Below are positions 38,128 through 50,049 of a stretch of 64,000 nt of DNA, piece after piece (position 1 is the stretch's first letter; each line of letters begins with the position of its first letter). The notes beneath the pieces are model-generated. The model worked only from the letters and a program-made list of their open reading frames with translations, did no database searches and was not told the origin of the DNA. A program made the translations under genes and the position numbers. This DNA comes from Paraspadella gotoi (lineage: Eukaryota > Animalia > Chaetognatha): positions 3,095,436 to 3,159,435 of the forward strand of contig CM119270.1 of assembly GCA_051294375.1 (NCBI GenBank), read 5' to 3'.

Positions 38128-41100
38128 ATGTCTGGTGAGTCTGTTGACTCGCTGCCAGATCCTTCGCCAGTAATACAAAGCGGAAAATAGATTACGATTT
38201 TCTTTTTGGCATAATTTTACTTTCGCCGACCGGGTTTTGGTGGGGTAAGGTTAATGTTAGTTTAGGGGTAAGTTAGGGTAATTATGTAATTTTTTTTTAA
38301 ATGAATATTTTAAGTGGTTTTTCAAAAATCAGCGAAAATAAAATTATACCTTTTTTTTTTATTAGAAACCGAGTCCTTTCCGATCCTACTTTTACTTAGT
38401 TTTAATTTTGGGCTGAATTGCTGAAAGTCTAACTTAAACCACCAAAGCCTGTCCAAAGTCAGGGGCAAGATAGCTTATTTATTAAATGAATGGATAATTT
38501 TTATATTGGTTGTACCAATTTCATGAGATCACGGTTACTTATATTATATATAATTATATATATATACTTATATCGGTCTGTGTCTATGTCGAGCAGGNNN
38601 NNNNNNNNNNNNNNNNNNNNNNNNNNNNNNNNNNNNNNNNNNNNNNNNNNNNNNNNNNNNNNNNNNNNNNNNNNNNNNNNNNNNNNNNNNNNNNNNNNNN
38701 NNNNNNNNNNNNNNNNNNNNNNNNNNNNNNNNNNNNNNNNNNNNNNNNNNNNNNNNNNNNNNNNNNNNNNNNNNNNNNNNNNNNNNNNNNNNNNNNNNNN
38801 NNNNNNNNNNNNNNNNNAATTTATGTAAGTAACTGATATAACATGTACAGTACATTGGACAATGTACATGAATCGACTAGTTTGATTAAAGTAGATACTG
38901 CAGCAGCTCAAACGATTAGTGGTTCGCGCCTCGTAAGGGACGATTTTCGGTCGGTAAGGAAAAGTGTTAAACACTTCTCATACCCTGTTGCTACACCAAT
39001 TATATTAATATTATTTGTGAAGTTTGTTAAAACGAAAGTGTTCACTTTTTAAATTTGAATCACAGATGTTTCATTTTACTATTGTATTTTTTTACATTTA
39101 GGGAACGTTAGGTAGTTTTAAATGCAGGTAACAAGTGGCCTCTTTTTTTTCTCGCAAAAGTGTAGTACATATATGCGTTTTCCGCTTAGCAGATAATATT
39201 TCAAACTTTAACAAGCTTCATAAAACGAAAAAAATAACCAACTAAAGGATATGAAGAATCATCGTTCCGGAAGAGGGCGCTCGGGGCCTGCGCGTCAAGG
39301 GCTTAACGCCCACGGAAGGGGCCGTGGATCTAATCCGGTAAACGCTACAACTAATACTTTGCTGTTTTCAATAATAGTAAAATCTCTTACAAAAATCATT
39401 GATGTCTGTAATGTAGTACTTTGTGGATCAATTCAAATTAGAGAGTCCATTAATCTCATTTGCATATTGTGTTTAGATTACGCTCTTATAAATTTATATT
39501 CAATTGCCTTGTCGGTTTAATACTATTTTCCGCGGAAAAAGAATATTATGGTGGACTAAAATCCACTAACCGGTCATTAGCGGCCATGAGTGTAGGAGGC
39601 AAGTCTTTCGCCTCCCAGCCCAAAACGTCCGGGGTTCTAGCCCGGTGACCGGTAGCAGTCAAGAGGGACGGGGTGTTACAGCCTGATCCGTAGCTCAGGG
39701 ACTGCTTTTAGTGAATGGTTCTTTCAATAACTCATCATTATCTAATATAAAAAAATACTTCTGTCCCTCTATTTATAATTATTAGTTGAAAATAAATGTA
39801 ATAAGAATTCTGACAAAATCTTTCGATTTAAGGTCAACGATCACGACGAAGGTCAACTGGTCGTCACGGGTTATCTCGAGGAAGAGAGATCAACAGCTGA
39901 CGTCCATGTGGAAACTTCGTTGCAAGACCCGCCACTGGTAACCTATGAAACTTGATTAGGTTCCTACTACAATGAAACCATTAAACAATAAACTAAATGA
40001 TAGTTACGATTTTAGAGATTTTCTGTTTCCAATGATAAATATTTTATCATAATTTTCATTGTCTTATTACGTCAGCTCGAAAATCTGCAACCGGATAAGA
40101 AGCCAGTTGCGAACGACCCATTTCATAACGCTATCCTGGCTTTAAATCGGGTAAAATTGAATTGTTGTGGAATCACCCAACCCCTCGCAAAAAAAAAAAA
40201 AAAATATTTTCAATTGCAGGAAAACAATGACTTTCGTCAAAAGATACAAAATCTGGAAAAGGCTTTGGAGATGGAGAAAACACTCCGATATTACGCCGAA
40301 AAAAATTTTCGGGAGCTTATGCATGAAAGGGAATCATTTATGATTCAGCATCAACAGGAGAAGACGAAATATGAAGAGGACATCAGCAAATGTAAGCAAA
40401 AAGTACGAGAATTGATCGGACATAAAATAAAACTTGACGAAGAATTGAAGAAAATGCAGCAGAGCAGCACGGCGTCGTCGAATCCCCAAACGGAAGGGAC
40501 GGGCGCCGAAGAAGATGAAACCTGCTTGAAGTCAACGCGTCCGTCGACTGCCAAACATTTGGAAACGGAGAAAGGTCAACCCAGCGGAGAAGTTAAGAAG
40601 AAAAAGAAGAAAAGACAAAAGAGGAAATCTGAGAAAGCGGGAGAGAGGGAGCAAGATTCTGAGGGGAAGGAAGAGAGAGTGCGAGAGACCGAAGAGAGGG
40701 CGCCAATCACTGAGGAGAAAGAAGACAGGGCGCAAGATTCTGGTGGGAATGAACAGAGGGAGCAAGGTTTTGATGGGAACGAAGAAAGGTCAATGGGCTC
40801 TCGTGAGAACAAAGAAAGGGTCGTACTAGTTGGTGCTGATGGGAAGGAACTGGGGGCGCAAGGTTCAGATGGAAATGGAAATGAAAAAGGGGCGCAAGGC
40901 TTTGAGGAAAATGAACTGAGGGCGCTAGGTGACGATGGGAAAGAAAAGAGGGCGCTCGGTGTTCATGGGAAGGAACAGAAGGCACAAGACGCATTCGGAT
41001 ACGAATCGGCCCAACCCGCCGTCGACGTCGAAGCGCAGTTAAAATTGAGGAGCCTTTTCGTCGCGCGTCGTGGCCTCTCTTATCACCCGATCCCTGGCGA

Positions 41101-41305
41101 TCGAAGAAGAGGGCGCTGCTTCAATCGTCTTTGCGGGAAACATCCTCGACATGGACGAAAGCTGGGGATGTGCCAATGTTGCCGCGGTGAAGGTTGGACG
41201 GAGATTCGACTTTATTGCGGCAAAGAATGCCAGAGGAGCGATTGGACTGACAGGCATAGAAAAGAGCATGCCGAGTCAGCTGACGCTCTTCTACCAGGAT
41301 TTTAA
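38128..41305 (+). CDS. Coiled-coil/acidic protein with C-terminal variant MYND zinc finger (MYND-2)
   Basis: Large last exon 40220-41305 (coiled coil ENNDFRQKIQNLEKALEMEK; RCFNRLC...CQCC...YCGKECQRSDWTDRHRKEH). Tentative small upstream exons 38128-38134, 38895-38932, 39102-39127, 39193-39337, 39833-39937 and 40076-40150 have GT-AG boundaries; some need homopolymer correction. Confidence 0.72.
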
Positions 41306-41965
41306 CGAGAAGAACAGGAAGACGAGAAATACGCAAAGTCTTGACGGAATTCATCCTGATGCGAATCGATTTTACACCATCGACGCGATCAGGGTTTTTC
41401 CTGCCAGACTTTCGTGAAAATTTTATTACATACATTATAATGTATGTAATATTATATGTATATTATAAATGAACTTCGGTTTCGGTCGTTTGATGTTTTT
41501 ATCGCCGAATTTTTTTTTTTCAAAAAAAAAAACACAAATTATTGAAATAATTTGATAATTTTTATTCTGATTTTTCTAACTTTTTTTTATAATTTCTGTA
41601 ATTATTGTATTGGTGTATTGTATTGGTGTATTGTTTTTGGGGGCAATTGTAAATATCATTGTGCTTTTAAAATTTTTTCAAATATATATTTGCTAGTATT
41701 TTCCTATTCAACAAAAAAATCGTAATGATTGATGTATTTTCCAGTAGGAAAAGCAGGCTATCGCAGCTAGCAGAATCAAAAGCGTCAATTACCCTGCCTT
41801 TCAACTTGCTACTATTAAAAAGAGATGAAAAGATAATTGAGCGGATGTATATATGTGTATAATAATTAATATATAACACGCCAACAAATTAAACACACGT
41901 CTAAAAATTAACGTAAAACAACTCATTTGGGATAATTAACGAATGTGAGGTACGTTGTGTTAACC

Positions 41966-44900
41966 TCATCTTGTGAGATCTACGGAATGGTCGTTGGTTA
42001 ACGAACAACGGCATTTCATGGTATTATTATCCAGTGATCTTCGGGCTTCAAAAAGGCGCATACTCGTGCGGCAAAGGCGATCGTCTGAAAAACAAAACAT
42101 CTCATCCAAGTCTCAAGTTTTTTTTGCTGAGTCAGAAACAAAAAGTCAGCGAGTTTAAAAAGTTGGTTCCGTTTGTCAGAAACAAAAGGCTCACTTCCCG
42201 CTTACCTGGTGTAAAAGGAATAATCCAAAGGGTAGTCCAACAGATTGACCACGGACGACATGTAGAGGTTGGCGAATCGACCCAACCGACGAGCGAAATA
42301 AGTCGGATTTTCGTAGGCCCTGATTTTAAAGACAGAAGTCTCGATTCATTGCTATCATAAAAGAATATACTTTTACATTTAATTTTAAATTAAATCCAAT
42401 TTAGTCTAATATAGTCAGGGGCAAGACAGCTTATTTATTAAATGAATGGATAATTTTTATATTGGTTGTACCAATTTCATAGTAAAACAAGTAATCTTTC
42501 AATTTTTCATAAGATATTAACGTAGCAGGACCCTGCGACCTTTCAATCAAGACNNNNNNNNNNNNNNNNNNNNNNNNNTCTCTCATTGTCTATTTCATGC
42601 AATCTGATTTAAAGAGTCACAGCCACTTTCCTCCTTTTACCTGAAGATGCTGCCAAAGTAAGGAATTGTAACATGTGCTTGAGCTGAAGTGGACCTCGTG
42701 CTTCTCCTGCGCCAGTTGTCGAGTAGAGATCCTGACTTCGGGATCGTCTCGACCCCAATTCGCCATTGGATGAGACGGCGAAGGAGACGAGCCATTGGAC
42801 ACGTCGGACGCCCTCGGGGGAACTCCGATGCGAACCTTAAGATGAGGCGAATGATTTTTTTTTTTATTTCATATTTATTCTTATTAACTAATTATAGTAA
42901 TAAACTATAAAACGGTGCGAAAGTTCTCCGTTCAAACCGTAACAACGTATCAAGAACAACAACAACAACCCCCGCCCTCCGATTTCCCCACGCCCCCCCC
43001 CCAACCTCGTCGTCGATCTCCGGGATGGATGGCGGCCGTCCTCAGCCGTGCTGCATGGCGGCGTCGCCAAATCCGCGTAGACGTGATCCCCGAAATATAT
43101 GACGCGGGTCCGCGCCATTCCGGTCAACTTTCGAAAGAGTTCCAAGTTTCCGTGTATGTAGTATTTTCCCTTGGCGAGCCGCGCCACCTGCTGCCAATGC
43201 ATTCCTCCGCGCTCGGGGCGACTGCGGAAGGCACCTTCGCGGAAGGCCGCTCGATCCCGCGAAAAAACTTGGGCTTGCGGGCCTGGAGAGAAGGGAGGGG
43301 CGGATAAGGAGGGAAATTGATAAATAATTACCTAAAATAAATCGATAAATAAATTTAACAATCGCAAAAAATAGTAAAAATAGGGATTTTTTCCAAGAGT
43401 CGGGGCACATCGACGAGCCATTTCTACCCCATGCAAACGTTATACGTAAGTGGGGAATATTATTGTATTCCTAAACATCTATTTTCTCTTTTACTAAATA
43501 CCATCTACAAAATCCGCAAGATGAAAAATCTTCTTTTTCGACCTGATTTTCAATGGACGACTCTTTCACCTGCCGCTCGCACGACGACCGTCGAAGAGTT
43601 TCTCCCATCCGGGTGGCCCGACCGATGCTAGTTCTATCCCTCTGACCGCAAGTGACAGGGGTCGTGTCTGGTGACTCGAGCGAACACAACCTCTCTTGTC
43701 GATGCTCCTGCAATGCTCAGCAACTTGGCGAACTTTCTCGCTCGTGCCTCCTCCTCTAACTCGAGTTTCACAAAAAAAAACACAAAACAACAAAAAGAAA
43801 AAATAAATTAAGAAGAAATAGAATTAGGAAAATAGAAAATATGACAGAAATCTCGCACCAATATTTACCCCAAAACTTTTACAGCTACAAAAAAAATACC
43901 TTAAACAAGAAACCTACAGTAAGTTACAAAGTTCAAAACTAAACACGAAGTACAAACATCAACAAAGAGTTAAACCAATATGGCTGGACTAAAAACCACC
44001 AACCGCTTCATCATCGCTACCATTTGGTGCCGGAGGGCAAGTCAGTTTTGCGCTCCCAACCCCAAAGGTCCGGGTTCTACTGTTCTTTCAACAATAACAA
44101 AGAAAACGTATTGACGATTGAAAAAAAAAAAAAAGGGAAAACCTGAGATAAATGTCGATGTTGTCGATGATCGTGGAGTGGAGGATTCCGGAAAATGTGA
44201 AGATGCTCGATTGGCAAATTCCTCACGTCGTAGTAGAGGTACTGAGGAACGGGGTGATGTTGTTTCGCGAAAAAACGTGGTCAGGTTGGCGAGCAGAACG
44301 ATCTCGGGCACCGCGAAAAAGTCCATTGAGTTGCACCATGTCGGACCCTTGCCGTAGGTAGTTGCCCAACTTGGTGTAGGTACGTGGGCTCCCTCATAAG
44401 CGGCCATTATCTCGTCGGGTTGGGGACCCGTTCGTAGCCGCAAAAAGACGCTGTCTATTTGTACGTTTGAGGAACAGTGTCCAACTTGACGCCCCAACCT
44501 ATGAAGAGTGCAGGGGTGAGGCGGATGTACGATGACAAAAAACGACAACTGGCCCCATCTTTGTTTCATCTCTCTGTTATAATCGCTTTTATCATAAATA
44601 TCTCGATTACAATACAGCGAAAATAGACTTCCGCGTACCTCTCCTGATGTCGTTTAATGAAGCCCCGAATAGCGAAGTCCGGAACTGTAAGGCTGCTCAG
44701 AATCTCCTCGGGATATCGGTTATTCCTCGACAAAGTTTGACCCCCAGGTCGAATGAGTCGATCGAGCGTTCCGATAGAGGGCCAAGGTGTAGTCGTAGTC
44801 GAAGCCGTAGACGTCGACTGTCTCCGAGGCGGAGATGGTTTGTTGGCGAAGATGCTGCTGGGTTGGACCAAGGATTCCAGCTCATTTCTAAAGTGGTCAT

Positions 44901-45388
44901 GATGTTGTTGGAAAGGTAAAAGGAAGGCGATGGAATTAAAATTAGTGTACATATATTTAACAAGGATGTTTGATTGATTGATTGATGATTGATTATCTCT
45001 CACTAACTAATATTTATCGTTCGTTATATTTGTTGATCTGGACTTCCACCATGAACATTTAACCTTAAAAAGCCACAAACATTTTCCCATCCCTCACCGC
45101 AGATCGAGGTCGTCGCCTACTTTTGGCGCGTCGTAGGCGTTCAAAAAGTTCAGACAAATTCGGCGGATTGTTCAAATCCCCGGTATTGATTTGCCATTGC
45201 CATTTTGGATCCAATTGTGTCATGCGTCGTCGTCGGTCGTCCCGAATCCGCGGGAGGTCGACGCAATTTTCGTCGAAGCGCGCGGCGGGAAAAGGATTAG
45301 GAGTTGGGCCGGCGGAAGCGGCGCCCGGGTACCCAAAGCAGCGCGCCGCCAAAGCGGCGCCCCGACCAATTGAGAGTCGAGCCATCAT
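41966..45388 (-). CDS. 5'-nucleotidase domain-containing protein (NT5DC2/NT5DC3-like HAD hydrolase), copy B; 3' exons fairly clean, 5' part frameshifted
   Basis: GNLELFRKLTG...RVIYFGDHVYADLA (43050-43160), AYENPTYFARRLGRFANLYMSSVVNLLDYPLDYSFYTR (42206-42319) and RSPLPHE (42084 downward); stop near 41966. Confidence 0.8.
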
Positions 45389-45603
45389 CGGCGTCGACGA
45401 AGTCAGGAATCAAGTTCATAGTTGTTTAAATAAAATGGCGAGGGAAAAAAAACATAAAAGTTTATAAAATACATATATTGATATAAAAATATAGATTTAA
45501 AAATAAATAAATCATTTGACCGATTTAGAAACACTTTAAAAATTAACAATTTCTATCGTCATTTTGCGTTAAACAATGCAAAAGCAAACAATAAATCTCT
45601 CTT

Positions 45604-47352
45604 AATGGAGATCTTCACCTGCATGACGATGACGTCGAAGAGTTTCTCCCATCCGGGGCCGACGATGTAGTTCATCCCCTCGTTGACGAAGTGAAGGCGG
45701 TGTTGGTGATGAGAAAGACTTCTTGTCCGTGCTCCTGCAAGTGCTCCAGCAACTTGGGATTTTCGCTGTGCTTCCTTAATGAGTTTCAAAAAAAAAAAAA
45801 AAAAAAAAAAAAAAATAAATTAAGAAGAAATAGAATTAGGAAAATTAGAAAATATGACAAAATTCGACCAATATTTACCCCAAAATTTTAAGTAAAAAAA
45901 AATATTAACAAGAAACTACAGTAGTAAAAGTTCAAAACTAAAACGAAGTAAAAATAAAAAGTTAACAATATGGTGGACTAAAATCCACCAACCGTTCATC
46001 ATCGACCATTGGTGCCGGAGGCAAGTCATTTGCCTCCCAACCCAAAGGTCCCGGGTTCTACTGTCTCTTCAACAATAACAAAGAAAACGTATTGACGATT
46101 GAAAAAAAAAAAAAAGGAAAACCTGAGATAAATGTCGATGTTGTCGATGATCGTGGAGTGGAGGATTCCGGAAATGTGAAGATGCTCGATGCAATTCCTC
46201 ACGTCGTAGTAGAGGTACTGAGGAACGTGGGTGATGTTGTTGTCGCGAAAAAACGTGGTCAGGTTGGCGAGCAGAACGATCTCGGGCACCGCGAAAAAGT
46301 CCATGAGTTGCACCATGTCCGGACCCTTGCCGTAGTAGTTGCCCAACTTGGTGAGGCTAACGTGGGCTCCCTCGTAAGCGGCCATTATCTCGTCGGTGGG
46401 GACCCGTTCGTAGCCGCAAAAGACGCTGTCTATTTGTACGTTGAGGAAAGTGTCCAACTTGACGGCCCAACCTTGAAGAGTGCAGGGGTGAGGCGATGAC
46501 GATGACAAAAACGACAACTGGCCCCATCTTTGTTCATCTCTCTGTTAATCGGCTTTTATCATAAATATCTCGATTACAATACAGCGAAATAGACTTCCGC
46601 GTACCTCTCCTGATGTCGTAATGAAGGCCCCGAATAGCGAAGTCCGGAACGTAAGGCATGCTCAGAATCTCCTCGGGATATCGGTATTCCTCGACCAAAT
46701 GTTTGACCCCCAGGTCGTAGATGAGTCGATCGAGCGTTTTCCGATAGAGGGCCAAGGTGTAGTCGTAGTCGAAGCCGTAGACGTCGACGTCTCCGAGGCG
46801 GAGATGGTTGTTGGCGAAGATGCTGCTGGGGTTGACCAAGGATTCCAGGCTCATTTCTAAAGTGGGTCATGATGTTGTTGGAAAGGTAAAGGAAGCGATG
46901 GAATAAAATAGTGTACATATATTTTAACAAGGATTGTTTGATTGATTGATTGATTGATTGATTATCTCTCACTAACTAATATTTATCGTCGTAGTATTGT
47001 TGATCTGGACTTCGCACCATGAACATTAAACCTTAAAAGCCACAAACATTTCCCATCCCTCACCGCAGATCGAGGTCGTCGCCTCTTTGGCCGCGTCGTA
47101 GGCGTTCAAAAGTTCAGACAAATTCGGCGGATTGTTCAAATCCCCGGTATTGATTTGCCATTGCCATTTTTGGGATCCAATGGTGTCACTGGTCGTCGTC
47201 GTCGTCCCGAATCCGCGGGAGGTCGACGCATTTTCGTCGAAGCGCGCGGCGGGAAAAGGGACTAGGAGTTGGGCGGCGGAAGCGGCGCCCCGGGTACCCA
47301 AAGCAGCGCGCCGCCAAAGCGGCGCCCGACCAATTGAGAGTCGAGCCATCAT
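45604..47352 (-). CDS. NT5DC2/NT5DC3-like gene, cleanest copy of the 5' half (copy C)
   Basis: Arg/Ala-rich N-terminus MMARLSIGRAPLWRRAALG (mitochondrial-targeting-like); IFANNHLRLGDVDVYGFDYDYTLALY (HAD motif I); FAIRGLHYDIRRG; MVQLMDFFAVPEIVLLA; FVNEGMNYIVGPGWEKLFDVIVMQ. Confidence 0.85.
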
Positions 47353-47700
47353 CGGCGTCGACGAAGTCAGGAATCAAGTCATAGTTTGTTTAAATAAAAC
47401 TGGCGAGGAAAAAAAAACATAAAAAGTTTATAAAAATACATATATTGATATAAAAATATAGATTTAAAAATAAAATAAATACATTTGACCGATTTAAGAA
47501 GACACTTAAAATAACAATTCTATCGTCATTTGCGTAAACAATGCAAAAGCAACAATAAATAAATAGGTTAACTATCAATAAAAGCATAAAATGATACCAA
47601 AGGCACAGTGACGAGGCGGATAATTTAGCGATAAAAATTGAGATTATCTTGGAGAGACTTAGAAGATATTACGTAGTAAGTACACACAATGTTTCTCCGT

Positions 47701-49560
47701 TCAGAGGCCGTACTTCTGCAGCGCGGCGTGGGCTTTCATGCTGATACGATTTTCCAAATCGCAGCCTCCAAATTCGAACTTGACTTGATTCAACAATTTC
47801 GCGGCTTCCTCTCGCGGCGACGATGTCGACGAAGCCGTCGTCTTCATATTTTTTTCATTCTCCATCAACAGCAACGCCTTCTCGTAGAGCGCCGACGCCG
47901 CGATGTGAAGTTCCGACTTCATCTTTCCTGATTTTTCCGCCGAAGAGCCAAAGAGTTCGAGCAGTTCGTCCACTCCCGCCGACGCCGAATCCCAAACACC
48001 GCAACCTTCCCGCTTCCGACGCGAGTTCATCAACGCGGCCTTCATCAAGAGACAAAGATTCTCGGCGAAACTCGACCCCGCGATTCGATCTAGCGACGAG
48101 GAAAAGGCGTCTGCTTGGTCGGCGCCGATAGATGGCATGGCGTTCCAGAGGTAAACGCACTCGAGGGCGAAGAGAGAGCAGACGTCGTGGAGGCGAAGTT
48201 GCGGCAAATTGATTGAATCCGCGACGAGTTTGGCGCGATGCAGCACGAAATCCTCCACTTGATTCTTCTTCTGCTGCGACAATTCCACCACGGATTTTAA
48301 CAGGAACAGACATCTCTCCCGACGATCCACTTCCGAGGAAGCCTCCTCCGCTTTGGCTCCAGTCGCCGATCCAGTCGCCGTCACCTCCCCAGTCCCGGCT
48401 CCAACGCACAGTCCTTCCAAATACGCGAAGAAACTCTTACTCCACTTGGTCATATGTTTCTGTTTATCAAAAAGCTCGGCCGCCACGTCGAACCTTCGAG
48501 CCAATAGATGGCACCAGGCCTTCTCGTAGTCGCAAAGACCTTTCACCTCTCGCCAAGAGCCCGGCTTCTCGCCGGCCTCGGTGTAAACGCGAATGGCTTC
48601 GTCCAAGCGACCCTCGAGCCGTTCCAGCCGGCCGCGGAAGAGGTGGAAAAAGGAAGAATCGGAGAAGGCGGAACCGAATCTCTCCAAAAGAGAGCGCGCT
48701 TCGGGAACGCCTCCCACGATGTCGCCCGGGTCGAGGTTGAGAAAGGGTCGCACGGTGCAGTGGTAATTAAGCAGGACCAAGATGGCCAGGGGTCGTTTCG
48801 AGCATGGCGTGGCAGCGCATGTTCGCAGGCATCGGAGACCCACTTCGCGATCGCCGCCGAAGCCGAGGAATTGAATGAGGCGGAGAACTTGAGGCGAGAG
48901 AAGAGAAACGAGGAGATTGAAAAGACCGAAACCGAAGGAGGCGTTCCCGAGGAGGACGTCGCTGTCGTCGACGAGGAGATCGGGATTCGCGATCGTCGGA
49001 TCGGCCGACGACTCGATCGGCTTCGTTCGAGAAAGTTCCGGCATCGCTTTCGATTGCGCCATGCCTTTAGATCGAACCGCATCATCGTAGCAACGCTCGT
49101 AGTGTTTATAAGCTTTGCGGATCAACCATCCACCCTTGACGAATCCCGCGATATCCATGCCCACCATGCTGAGAATGGCCATGAACAAGTTGCAGTCGCC
49201 CTTCAGCAGACCCAACGTGGTCAGTTCGTTAGGGGTGAGCGGCTTTGCCCTTTTCACCGAGGAGCGCCACAGCATCCAATTGCCGACGACGCCGACGAGG
49301 CCGTCGGGAGTCCCGGCGCGCTCGATCTCGCCGCAGAGACGTTCCGTGTCGGCGAGGGCGTCTAGCGCCGAAGAGCAGAGATCTTTGTCGAAGGCGACGA
49401 CGGCTTTGACGAAGGCGATGTAGGAAAGTTTGGCCGCCATGGAAATCTCGTCGTCCTTGTGGGCGTGGCAGAGGGAGAGGGCGGAGTCCATGTCATTGTT
49501 GACGACGAGGTGCAAGACTTTGCGAGCCTCGGGAGATTCCAAGATGCGAGGTTGAGTCAT
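47701..49560 (-). CDS. TTC39C: Tetratricopeptide repeat protein 39C-like (IML2/TTC39 family), single coding exon
   Basis: Intact ORF from MTQPRIL. Motifs FVKGGWLIRKAYKHYERCY, SFGFGLFNLLVSLLSPQVLRLIQFLGFGGDREVGL, FHLFRGRLERL, KWSKSFFAYL and DLENRISMKAHAAL. Confidence 0.88.
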   Translation of the reverse strand: MTQPRILESPEARKVLHLVVNNDMDSALSLCHAHKDDEISMAAKLSYIAFVKAVVAFDKDLCSSALDALADTERLCGEIERAGTPDGLVGVVGNWMLWRSSVKRAKPLTPNELTTLGLLKGDCNLFMAILSMVGMDIAGFVKGGWLIRKAYKHYERCYDDAVRSKGMAQSKAMPELSRTKPIESSADPTIANPDLLVDDSDVLLGNASFGFGLFNLLVSLLSPQVLRLIQFLGFGGDREVGLRCLRTCAATPCSKRPLAILVLLNYHCTVRPFLNLDPGDIVGGVPEARSLLERFGSAFSDSSFFHLFRGRLERLEGRLDEAIRVYTEAGEKPGSWREVKGLCDYEKAWCHLLARRFDVAAELFDKQKHMTKWSKSFFAYLEGLCVGAGTGEVTATGSATGAKAEEASSEVDRRERCLFLLKSVVELSQQKKNQVEDFVLHRAKLVADSINLPQLRLHDVCSLFALECVYLWNAMPSIGADQADAFSSSLDRIAGSSFAENLCLLMKAALMNSRRKREGCGVWDSASAGVDELLELFGSSAEKSGKMKSELHIAASALYEKALLLMENEKNMKTTASSTSSPREEAAKLLNQVKFEFGGCDLENRISMKAHAALQKYGL

Positions 49561-50049
49561 CGTCGACGGAAGAGAAAGAAGGAGAGGGAATGACTTAAAA
49601 ACAAATGATAAAAATCTTTTTTCCCTGAAATTGTAAGTCAGTAAACAATAATAGTTTTCGTAGGGACTAAACGAGTCAAACGTCCCGTTAAGGAACGCTG
49701 CGTATGTGAAAGACAAAAAACCCCAACCGCTTCAAAAAAAAAAAAAAATTTGTCTCCGAACTGGAGACTATAAAATATAAAACACTAGTACAAGAAAAAC
49801 GCGATCATTACCAAAATCCAACCGCAGCCAACAAACTGTTTTGTAAATATAAAAGAAAAATTAAACCACGATCCAAAAGTAATAATTAGTAAACTAAAAA
49901 AATTCAATGATCGTAAACACCAAATTATTGCTGTAACGAAAACCGATCATTCCAGAAAAAAACCAACTCGCATGCGTAAAATACAAAACAAAACAAAAAT
50001 ACACGTCCCATCTTTGGCATTTAGTGAAATAAACGGTAGAACAAAACAG

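Larger units (their letters stand above)
28501..45606. repeat. Direct tandem duplication of an ~8.4-8.7 kb block (28501-36913 vs 36911-45606), plus a third partial copy 45604-47560; probable assembly artefact
   Basis: The blocks are colinear throughout. 35362-36913 appears identical to 44055-45606, including frameshifts (identical ORF translations at offset 8693). Sequence from 45604 onward matches 34911 onward. Confidence 0.9.
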
